This document shows positions 53,151 through 64,000 of a DNA stretch of 64,000 nucleotides, one piece after another (position 1 is the stretch's first letter; each line of letters begins with the position of its first letter). The stretch covers positions 21,144,001 through 21,208,000 of the forward strand of contig NC_045696.1 in the NCBI RefSeq assembly GCF_009834535.1, given 5' to 3'. The translations under genes were made by a program, and so were the position numbers. This stretch comes from Camelus ferus (Eukaryota). The notes beneath the pieces are model-generated. The model did not search any database. It was not told where the DNA came from and was given only the letters and a program-made list of their open reading frames with translations.

Positions 53151-55069
53151 TGAAATAGGTTAAATGAAATATGAAAGATTATATTAGAAAGGTTAAACAT
53201 AAAAGGTTAAATAAAAATTAACCAAATCATAGAAAATGAATTATTTTTTTTTCTGAGCTAAAAGCCCATAGCAGTGTATGGTTGTGTATTTTATAATGTA
53301 GCATATGCATGTTCAAGATTGATAAAAGCACTTTGCCATGGTATTAATTTTAACACAATGAAAGTCAAGTGTTGCATAGTGTTGCTATTAGCACTGGAGG
53401 CTTCTCATTAATGTGTATCAATGCACCACACAAACATCTCTTTGCCTGGGGAAGGTTTCTTAGGGGATGTTTGAGGCCTCAGTGGACATGCGTGACATTT
53501 GTTATTCAATCAGAGTTCTGCATATTAGAGTGAAAACTGCTCTCTTAATACCTTCATTATCTTTGATAAGTTAAAATACACAGGAAATTGTTCACTTGGG
53601 GGAAAAGATTAACTAATTCAAGCCACAAAATTCAATTTAGTAAGGCAAAGGTTATTTATAAACCATGTTCTGACCATCTGATTGAAAAACTTGAGCTAGG
53701 GACTAACCAAGAAAGACTAGTCAAGAGAGAGGTTTTCTTTTTTCCTTTAGAATAATAGTTTGATGAGCTATACCATATATTATTTTCTTTTCTCATTATA
53801 CTGAAGGTTTACAAAGATGTTTACCTACACTTTTATTTATTCACTATCCTAATGGGTGTCACACTATATTTCTCCTGAATATTTATACTTCATTCTAATT
53901 TTTTAAACCAAGCCAAAATCCATCTACAAATAAAGCAAAAGATGTTCCATAATTGTTACCACCTAAAAATGTCTTGTAAGCTCATATATACCAAGAATAA
54001 TTTAATTACCTTTCATTTTCTAAATCTCTCCCTCCTGCTAGTATCACAATATTCAAGGCATTTGTGTGCCAGCTTTCCCCTAGAACACCTGGTCAATCCT
54101 TTACTGCCAGGTGGACCTGCTGATGCAGAGCAAAACAGGGAATAGTTGTAATAAATATGTCTGTGGGGGATATTGTTGGTAACATTATTGGTTGAGTCTG
54201 CCTTGCCTGAAAATTGTAGCAATCCGTAGCATCCACTTACCTGTCTCCAACTAGCAAATTATTCAGAGGTGTCAGAAAGCAGGGTGATATAATGAACGCG
54301 CACCAATCTGTAAGGTGGTAGATGGCACAGTCTGCACTACTTATCTTCCTTCTTTGGGGCTCACTTTTCTATCTCTAAAATGAATGAATTAAAAATGAGA
54401 GAATTGAGTAAGATGTTTTTGAACTTTATTCAGTTTTATAGTTCAAAGTCACAATGTGAACACTTACTATTTTGGCATCAAAAAACGAGTAGACTTTTAA
54501 TGGTATGTATATTTCAGGTGAAATATACTTTTCTGCATCATCTGGATTTTCAAAAATTTTTTTTGAAAAATACTCCTATTTTAACAAAGTTATATTATTT
54601 GAATAAAATTTGGTAAATAGCTTCTGATGGATTGAAAAAAGTTATTACTCTTGAACATCAACCATATTATTATGTGCCAGGCACCGTGGCATGAGCTGAG
54701 ACCCTGTTAAGCACTAGTACCTGGGACTGATAACCACAGTGTTAAGAAAATGGCAGAAGGACACCTGTGCAATGAGTGAGGAGAAGTAGAAGTACAGATG
54801 GTTGGATGTGCAAGTGGAAGCCTCCTGACAGATGTAAATTGAGCAGGTTCTCATTTGTCAGGATGGAGGGGGTTAGCATGAGAATTTAATGGAGGTATGT
54901 TTCAAATGTCAACAAGTGGATATAGATAGAAATTAAATTATGAGAGCTTTTGTCAAATACTCAAAAAGTTAATAGCAGAAAAGATAAGTGTCACATAAAA
55001 GGCAAAAAATTAAGTACACAAAGGCACAAGCAAGCAAGAGTAAAGTTAACGCTTTATCAATGGCCATAA

Positions 55070-55280
55070 ATGGATTTCCAATTTCAGCTCCAATAGCTAA
55101 CGAGTTTAGAAGCATCACTCCCAACATGATAATAAGAATGGTTATACAAACTAAAAATCAATGATGTTTTTTGGATCTGTCAGAGAACTGATGTTGCAAG
55201 GCAAACTGCTACCTTGAAATCTGGAGAGACAAGCACAGAGAGTTAGAGCTAATAAATGCCTACCAGGAGATCCTGCTAAA
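55070..55280 (+). mobile_element. Old L1M 5' UTR fragment
   Basis: 'ttttggatctgtcagagaactgatgttgcaaggcaaactgctaccttgaaatctggagagac'. Confidence 0.65.
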
Positions 55281-55282
55281 GC

Positions 55283-56614
55283 CATGAGTCTAATTCTGAT
55301 TTGTAAGTAAGTGCATTTGTATCATTTTTTTTAGATTCCACATATATCATATATCATATGTACCATATTTCTTTAAATTTGATATATCATAAGATATTTT
55401 TTCTCTGTATGACTTACTTAATATGATAATCTCTAGGTTCACCAATTTGCTGCAAATGGCACACTATTTCATTATTTTTTGTGCCTGAGTAGTATCCCAT
55501 TGTATATACACACATATACACCACATCTTCTTTATCCATTTATCTTTCAATGGACATTTAGGTTGCTTCCATGTCTTGGCTGTAATAAATAGTGCTGCTA
55601 TGAACATTGGGGTGCATGTATCTTTTTGAGTTTGAGTTTTCTCCAGATATATGCCCAGGAGTAGGATTGTTGGACATAGAACAACTCTATTTTTAGTTTT
55701 TTAAGAAACCCCCACAGTGTTCTCCATAGTGGCTGCACCAATTTACATTCTCACCAACAGTGTAGGAGGGTTCCTCTTTCTCCACACCCTCTACAGCATT
55801 TATTATTTACAGACTTTTTAATGATGGCCATTCTTACTGGTGTGAGGTGATACCTCATTGTAGTTTTGATTTGTATTTCTCTAATAATTAGCAAAATTGA
55901 GCAACTGAGCATATTTTCGTGTGCCTGTTGGCCATCTGGATGTCTTCATTGGAGAAATGTCATTCAAGTCTTCTGTCCATTTCCTGATTGAGTTGTTTGT
56001 TTTGTTTGTTTCTTTTCTTTCTTTTTTTTTTTATATTAAGCAGTATGAGCTGTTTATATATTTTGGAAATTAATCCCTTGTTGGTCACATCATTTGCAAG
56101 TATTTTCTCCTATTCTATAGGTTGTTTTCTCATTTTGTTTATGGTTTCCTTAACTGTGCAAAAGCTTTTAAGTTTAATTAGGTTCCATTTGTTTATTTTT
56201 GCTTTCATTTCCATTACTCTAGGAGACAGATCCAAAAAAATATTGCCGTGATTTATGGCAAAGAGTGTTCTGCCTATGTTTTCCTCTAGGAGTTTTAAAG
56301 TATCTGGTCTTACATTTAGGTGTTTAATTTATTTTGAGTTTACTTTTGTATATGGCGTTAGAGAATGTTCTAATTTCATCATTTTACACGTAGCTGTCCA
56401 GTTTTCCTAGCACCACTTATTGAAGAGACAGTCTTTTCTCCATTGTATATTCTTCCTTCCTTTGTAGTAGATTAATTGACCAAAAGTGTGTGGGTTTATT
56501 TCTGGGCTTTCTATCCTGTTCCATTGATCTATGTGTCTGTTTTCATACCAGTAGCATACTGTTTCTGTTACTGTGGCTTTGTAGTATAGTCTGAAACCAA
56601 GGATCTTGATTCCT
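55283..56614 (-). mobile_element. LINE-1 fragment (3' part of ORF2 and start of the 3' UTR), disrupted
   Basis: Strong similarity to 43013-43664 and continuing upstream ('aagcttttaagtttaattagg...cctatgttttcctctaggag...ctttgtagtatagtctgaa'); no polyA end or TSD found. Confidence 0.93.
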
Positions 56615-58689
56615 TTGTAAAAAAGGATGATTTTTTAAGTTTTGCTATTGTTTATTTAAAGAAATAAAAGTACTGTATATTTTTATATCTGATGTAATAT
56701 AATATTATCTCAAGTTAGAGTATGAAGTAAAAGATGTATATTATGAACTCTGGAGCAAATACTAATGTTACACACAAAAAAACTTACAACTGATACACAA
56801 ATTGAGATAAAATAGGCTTGTAAAATTTAAAGAAGAGTTTCAACATTGTTCTCATTGCTTTTATGGAGGAGTGGGCTTTTGTATGTCCCTTCTCTGCCAT
56901 CCTGGAAGGTTCTACAATAGAGCAAAATGTAAAACCATTAGTGAGAAATTGGTTCAGAGAACTTCCTACCTACCTGAGTCTAAAATTAATGAGAAACTAT
57001 TATAAAATGTCAAAATTTCAAAGGATACTAGTTGTTTCCAATTGTCTGGTCTTCATACTTAGGTAAAACATGTCCCTATGAAGAGGTGAAGGATCAATAT
57101 CTGTTTGTAAAGAAATTAGGAAAAAATAAATAAGAATAAAGCTTTATACTAAACACGAATATCGTTCCCCTTCTTTTCTTCTAAATCAAATACTTGATCT
57201 TTCAAATAGCTCAAAACTAAAACAAATTGAAAATATAAGCACTCTTTGTACAACATTGATATTACATACAATTTAATACAACATATGACTGAAAGTCTAC
57301 TTAGTTACCTAAGGCATGACAATCAAATCTTATATCAATAATCAAATACTTTATATATAAACTTTGCATCCTTGTTACACTTTCTGACTTTCATAAACAA
57401 TCTGTATGAGCTGTGTTAAACTGATGAATGAAACAAACAAAAAATATTTAAGAGTACTTTGCCATTGTGTGAAAGAAACTGAACTAAATTGCTTCTTCTA
57501 ATTTTAAAAGCCAGTGTATGTTTTATTTCTTTTATTTAAATTTAAATCACATGAAGGCAGGAAAGAAATGTGTTACTGTTATTTGAAATTTGGGCAAAAT
57601 TTAAATGAGAAATTAAAATTTATGAGGCTTTTAATTTCATTCCCTATATCTAAACATAATAAATGCATTAGAACAAAATTAAGGAAATAATTTTTCTAAA
57701 AGTCAAATTCGCTTCCAACAGTAATAATTTGATGAAAATATTTTGAATAAAGGTTTCTAGTTTTATTTTTACTGATTCGTCTGTTGTATCCTTGAATGTG
57801 AAAATCTTGTACTAATTATGAGCTCATGTGGAAAACAGTTCAAATTAAATTTAATAAGCTCAATGACAAAGGGTTGTTTTTTCTAAACTAAGAAGCTAGC
57901 TGTCTTCATAATAGTGCAACATTTTTATTAGCATTATCAAGATTATATATCAAGGCCTTGAATAGCAGGCCTTGCATTAGTATGCATTGTTATTTTCTAA
58001 TATAGTATCTTCACAAAATAAATAGTGTTCTATATTGCTGTATTGATGATTAAAAGCAAAAAAATGTACTTTCAGTTAATTTAGCTATGAACAATGTGTA
58101 AGTTTTCTGATTGGTTGAAAACCATGCTAGATTTTGTGAGAGATACACACCAAAAAACACCTCAATTCTTACCTATTTTCAAAGAGTTTTTAGACCAGTG
58201 TGAAATCAGATAAACAGATGGCTAAAAATGGAAAAGGTAAAGCAAGGGAAGGGTAGGTATTTAAGGTCTAAGTATCTTGAGAACTCAGAAAGGGGGGGAA
58301 TGCCAGTCAGCCAGCAAATTTGTCTCACCCTGATAGCATGCTGAAGAGACACGAGGCTTTAGTCCCTCATCAAATGTGTGACAGCAGAATTTATCTATCT
58401 ACAACCAAACCACAATGTCCTGGGATCTCTTCTGTTCTGAGTTATTTAAGGTGCGAGCTCCAGCTCATGTTTAATCAGGAGAGAACAATGAAATTAATAT
58501 AGTTACCTAATATGTGGCTCCTGTTTTGCCCCAGGTAGTAGAGCAATGATATACTGCATCGTACAATTCCACCTCCTCTCTATAGTTAGTATACTCTCTT
58601 CACTGTAGCTGGGTTTTAAAAATAACGTGTTTATTAACAAATTGAAAGAAGTAAAAAGAAAAAAAGAAAAAAATCTTGGTCTAATAGAG

Positions 58690-58905
58690 AAAGCTGGGCT
58701 ATTGAATTGATCGAGCCTGTTGAATCTCAATTCTGAAAAAGTTAACCTGGTGACATTGAGTTATTTCACTCAACCTCAATTTTATCATGTCCTGAATGGA
58801 AATCATACCTTTGTGATTATTAACTGGTGGCTGCTGGTATTAAGTGAGAAAAGAATAAGTTAAGTGTCTGTTAAGTAAAGCTGACACTCAGTAAGTGCTT
58901 AACTC
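58690..58905 (+). mobile_element. MIR SINE (degenerate)
   Basis: 'gcctgttgaatctcaattctg...gtgacattgagttatttcactcaacctc...ttaagtgagaaaa...acactcagtaagtgcttaa'. Confidence 0.55.
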
Positions 58906-60294
58906 AGTTCCTCCTTATTTTTAAGGGAATTCTCAGCGAACATTATTTTTCAACTTTAGGTTCTTTTGCTCTTCTTAGAACAGAGTATAAAAGCACACAG
59001 AATTACTGCACTGTGGTTTCTCCCCCTACGTCAGCATTACTGAGATTTCTGCCCTCATCTCCTCCTTTCCCAAGGAATTTTGTTATTCAATTGTTTTGGT
59101 TAAAAGGGTTATATACAAATGTTATAAGTATATTTTACACCTACAAAACAAATAGGAAAACTTGAATGATAAGTAATCAGCAAAATTTAAAACACACCTT
59201 TTAAATGAAGTTATATTTCATGGTTAGACTTTTCAATTAAAGATTCCTAATTACCATTGTCATTATTATATAACTATTCCCAACACTATTCTGTATTCTT
59301 TTCACTCTTCTACTAGGCATTTTACTTATTGTGAACAGTTCATATTTTAATTACACCTTTAAATATCTGTCAAATCTATTTCTTCTTCTAGAACAAACTA
59401 TTTTAGTAAAACACTTCAGCTACATTAAAGATTCTTCCCCTTTTGTTTATTTATACTACAGCCATCATATGATTAATTTAATACAATAGAATGCATATTT
59501 ATCTGAAATATTAGCAATATACTTATAATATGGCATAAATCATTAAAAGTTTTAATGATCTTTACTATTACATTATTTAATAAGACTCTTTTTATTTCTA
59601 GTTTGTATTAACTGTTTTTTCTGTTTATTTCTGAGTATCACTAATTTTAATTAAATTTAATCAAACAGTTTCTTGTAGGTTAAATAAAATTAGGTAAAGT
59701 AGTAATGTTTAGAAAATATGCTTTTCTTACAAATAGGCAAAATATTAAGTTTCTAAATAATTTGATTTAGATAGGCTTTGAAATCAATATAATTTCATGT
59801 TTCAAGTATATTTCAAAGCCTTTAGAAAGTGTCAAGTTAATTCAGGGTTGACATGTTTGAGTTTAGAATTTATAATTTCAATTATTTTTTTGTAAATAGC
59901 TATTTTTAAAATGACTCATTTTCTAGCGAAAAACACAATATAGCATTGTTCTCTGATTGAAAAATTAAATTGGCACTTGTCACCATAGAAACATAAAATT
60001 GAAAACAAAGAATTATTTAAAAAATCCAAAGAGCTTTATAAGGAATTCGGTTGATTGATTTACTAATTTAAAGGAACCACACAAAACTGACTTTTCATAA
60101 GAATTACAGTGTTTTTTGATCTAAAATTTACTATATATATTTTACTGTAAGCCTATCAAATCTTCCTTACTTTTTAATATTCAAGGTTTCTTTTCCTGTT
60201 TCTTTCTCAATTAAAAAACTTCAGTTAGATGATAATACAAATTAGTATAATGGATTTATTTTCTAAGTGCTGAATAATATGTTATCTCGTTAAA

Positions 60295-60410
60295 CAATCT
60301 TATGATAGAATCATTCATATTTCAATTTTGTTCATGACAAACGTGAGGCTCAGAGAAGCTAAATGATGTATCTAGCATAATTCGGCTGCTAAGTAGATAA
60401 GAAATTATCC
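60295..60410 (-). mobile_element. MIR core
   Basis: 'ttcaattttgttcatgacaaacgtgaggctcagagaagctaaatgatg'. Confidence 0.6.
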
Positions 60411-60424
60411 TTGAGCCTAACCAT

Positions 60425-61258
60425 TTTTGCCAACTGGGTCTCATTGGAAGAAGGTTCTGAGATGGAGATCAGTTAGCAGAAAAGATTAGGATATAATACG
60501 TTTATCAGATAAGTAAATGAATAAAATGTGGCATATACATATAGTTGAATATTATTCAGCAATAAAAAGGAGTGAAGTACTGATACATGGTATAGTTTAG
60601 AAGAACCTTGAAGCAGTATGTTAAGTGAAGAAAGACAACCATTAAAAAATCCAAATATTATACAATTGCATTTATATGAAATTTCCAGAATAGGCATAGC
60701 TATAAAGACAGAAATTGGATCAGTGGTTGCCAAAGACTGAGGAGATTGGGGGAAAACATTAAATAACTACAAATGGATACAGAATTTCTTTTTGTGTCAT
60801 GGAAATATTTAAAAATTGACTATGGTGATGGTTGCACAATTCTGTAAATATACTAAAATCAGGTGAATTCTATAATTGGGTTTAAAAAAAAAGAAATTTG
60901 TCAGAAAGTGCTTCCTTGTGGGTTAATAAAAAATAATTAAGTATTAAGCCAAGGGATAACTTGGGATGTGATACAACCTCAGAACATGTGTCAGCCTAAC
61001 TGGAATGGCCCTTCAGAGTTGTTTCAAGATGAGGCATGGAGGCCTTTTATATCACTGCATCAAACAGCCTTTGAATGCATGCTGCCCTTGGTGAGGGAGC
61101 TCGGTCATAGCCAAGGCAGCTCTTTATCACCAAGGCAATTTCCATAGAGAACTGCCAGCTAAAAGTTGTCAGCCAGATATATGCCAGTAAATACGGAAAT
61201 AAATCTGTTAGTCTTGAAAGGATACGTGTATGTCCAGTACATCACAACATCCATTACA
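60425..61258 (-). mobile_element. ERVL solo LTR, LTR16-type, interrupted by an L1M 3' end
   Basis: 'tgggtctcattggaagaaggttctgagatggagat' on the left and 'ccaaggcagctct...agtacatcacaacatccattaca' on the right, antisense to the ends of the 25881-26533 element. Confidence 0.7.
60500..60893 (+). mobile_element. L1MB/MC-type 3' end
   Basis: 'aaaatgtggcatatacat...gaatattattcagcaataaaaaggagtgaagtactgatacatg...tggtgatggttgcacaattctgtaaatatactaaaa'. Confidence 0.9.
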
Positions 61259-61581
61259 TCATACCACAAAATCATACTTTCTGTGGTGCCACCCTGTCAA
61301 CTAGACTATCACTTTGATCACATATAGCTTCTGTAGTTGTTGAAACATAAGGTTTTCTTTTTGTAGAAGAATTATCCTTTTTTTTATTGGTAATCTAAAG
61401 CCCAGCCCATATCACTAAGTTAATGTGAAAAATAAAGGGTATGTTTTAAAGTTTGGCAGCATAATATCTTTCTTTTGAATCTCAAACCTTCAAGACTTCC
61501 TAGATGAATAATGTTTTTGATTTTAAAATTCGTTTACTTTTGAAATTACGATTTCAGTTTTATTACGAATTAAATTAGATA

Positions 61582-61973
61582 GTACGGCAAAGATGAACTG
61601 GTTATTCTCCAATAAAATTTTCTTTGTCTTCTGACATCACAGCTAGGTTGTATTTCCCAGATTCTCCTACAGTTGGGTTGGCGCTGTGAACAAGTTCTGG
61701 TCAATGGAAAATGCACCTATTTGATGTGCGCTACATCTGGACATGACTCATAGAAAAAATTCACATTATTTTCCTATGTTCTTTCTCCTTGGAAGCCCTG
61801 CATTGAAGATGGTGGAGCTACAAGATGAAATGAGTTTAGATTTTTAAACCATCACTTGCTGTTCTTAGGATAAGAAGAACTACTTTGGACTTTCATGAGT
61901 AGGAAATAAATTTCCATTTTTGGGAGACACTAAAATTTTATCTCAATCTGCTAGTGCTATCTTGACTAAAACA
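61582..61973 (+). mobile_element. MaLR solo LTR, MLT1I/J-like
   Basis: 'cacagctaggttgtatttcccagattctcctacagttggg...gttctggtcaatggaa...ttgaagatggtggagctacaagatg...gaaataaatttccatt...cttgactaaaaca'. Confidence 0.8.
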
Positions 61974-64000
61974 GGTGGCATATAAATTTTTATTTTATGC
62001 CTGCTGAGTGTTTTTAACTTTCTGTTTTCCTTCTTCAATGTACTTAAATTTCTATAATGTGATCATATTTAACTTTTACCTTGAATTTAATTCACTAGTG
62101 TTCTTTTCAGAAAAACAAAACAAAAACATAATGATCTTACCTTCAGAAATGATTTTGTTTTATTCTCAGTTTTATTTATGATAATTAAGTATCTTTTCAT
62201 CATAATCCTTTTATTTACTTGTTAATTACATATATTCTATTAATGTATTTCTTAATCTAAGCAATTTTCAGTTTTGTAATGAATCACAATTGATAAATGC
62301 TTCTTTGAAAGTAAAGGTAGTGAGATAGTGATTAATTCCATTGTTTTTTTTTTTCTTTTAAAATGATTTTTTCTTTTTTGTGACCAAATAACTTCCTCCA
62401 AAATATCACAAAGTGTTAAGATCCTTACTTCAATACCTTGTATCCATTCAGGGTCTTTCAATTTTAATAAACAGGATTTCAGATCCTGCCCCCTTCTACT
62501 TACCTACTCTCCAATCCAGAGAAGATTTGGGCTGCTTACAATAAAACACATATTAACTTGTGCAGGTTGTTTGGCGAAATTAAAGATACATTTATAGTTT
62601 GGGGAGTAACATTTGAGATGGTCCCTGAATATGAAAACATATTATACCAAGTAGATAAAGAAGTTGAGGTGTACACATGGCAGGCAGTGTAGCATGAGAT
62701 TAGGACACTCCAGCCTGTGGTATCCATCTGTCCAAAAACACAGAGTTGAGGTATTACTTGACATGTTCAGAGAACCAAGAATAGTACTAGGTGTCTAGGG
62801 TGGAGAGGGTGTGGTAGTGTGTGATGGGTGAGATAATTTTCACTTTCAAGCTTCAGAATTTGGATATTATATATCTATTTAAATGATTGTTTCAATATCT
62901 TCTCTCTCTTTTTCCTTTTTAAAGAGAATTGACACAACCATATCTGTATTATTGGATATGGTAGATGAATTTGGGGGGAGTAGAAAATAGATTCCATTAA
63001 TTCAGATAAGAGATCAGGGAGATCTGAATGAGGGCAGAGATAAAACAACATATTTTGAACTTTGTTTCAAAATGTTTCACGTCAAGACCTTTCCTTTTGT
63101 AGCTTCTTTTTTTTAACTGCTTTTTTCCAGTAGTCACTTAAAGAATATTTATGTATTTCATGAAGAAATGTGTTGGAAACACTGTTCATGTCTATTCAGT
63201 CTCACATTTGTTTAGGGTGACCATATAATTTGTTGTGCTTTTGCTGTATTCAGGGATATTGGGGGAGCTATTTATAATTAAACTGGAAAAACAGAGAACA
63301 AAAACTCTCCAGGGGAAAAAAAAAGATAATATAAGAACAGGATGAAAATTTTTAAAATGAATGCAGATAAGAATAGGATAAAAGACAGAAAGCAGGATGC
63401 ATATTAAAATGCAAGAATCAATGACTTCTAACATTTTATCTCCAAAAAATTTCCCCTCTGAGTTTTTATGAATTTTTAAATTGAAAATGAGTACAATGAA
63501 ATTTATTGTAATTTGCTCTTCTGTTCTTATATCTTCATTCCTTCCTTTCTAATTGTCTTTCAAATTTATCCTTTTCTTTCCTTTTTCTTCTTTCCTGATT
63601 TGTTAGGCTGTTTATCAGAGTATAAGTGCTCAATTTCAAGTGCCTATTTTCATTTCTTATTCCTATTACAGTTAACCCTTCAACTGAGAAATAAATTCTA
63701 AGATCCTTTATTCTTAACAGCAGTGCATTAGTGTATATGTGACTTGTAGTAAGTTGTCTCGGTTATTTGGAAAGATCACAAATTATACATAAAGAAGGAT
63801 ATTCATATGTATGCTAATTTATATGTAACATTAATTATATGAGATGATATAAATGTTAAAGTTTGGAGGTTTACACTGCTAGATTTTTCTCACTTTGAAA
63901 ATATTCTGGAGTTACCACAACTTTCAATCTTACCTTTTTTTTTTCTTTTTTTTACTTTGAGCTAATCTCAGAGTACTAAAAAAAAAACCTCACAAAGTCA

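Noticed and set aside
1..64000. CRISPR array, operon or other prokaryotic or novel multi-gene system
   Set aside because: The sequence is mammalian, repeat-rich and non-coding; there are no regularly spaced repeats, no gene-dense region and no intact enzyme ORF

Overview
AT-rich, CpG-depleted mammalian genomic DNA, intronic or intergenic. I recognise no host protein-coding exon, RNA gene or CpG island. A tRNA-derived SINE resembling Vic-1 (14500-14600) suggests a camelid source. Much of the window is interspersed repeat. Ancient elements include L2, MIR, old L1M/HAL1-like pieces, MLT1, LTR16, an MER54/73/74-type LTR, ERVL internal sequence and three DNA transposons (MER47/Tigger5-type, MER8/Tigger2-type, and a Zaphod/hAT-Tip100 copy with a transposase remnant). 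Younger elements include several L1 3' ends, one with a perfect 13-bp TSD and an intact ORF2 C-terminus (42692-43664), and a 4.9-kb 3'-truncated class I ERV (LTR-gag-pro-RT-RNaseH, minus strand, about 46715-51579). Nearly all ORFs in the track are chance ORFs or repeat remnants. I found no convincing novel biological system. The best leads are nested insertions, the ERV, the young L1 and a few candidate cis-regulatory spots. Family names come from recalled consensus sequences, not a database search, and boundaries of old repeats are approximate.
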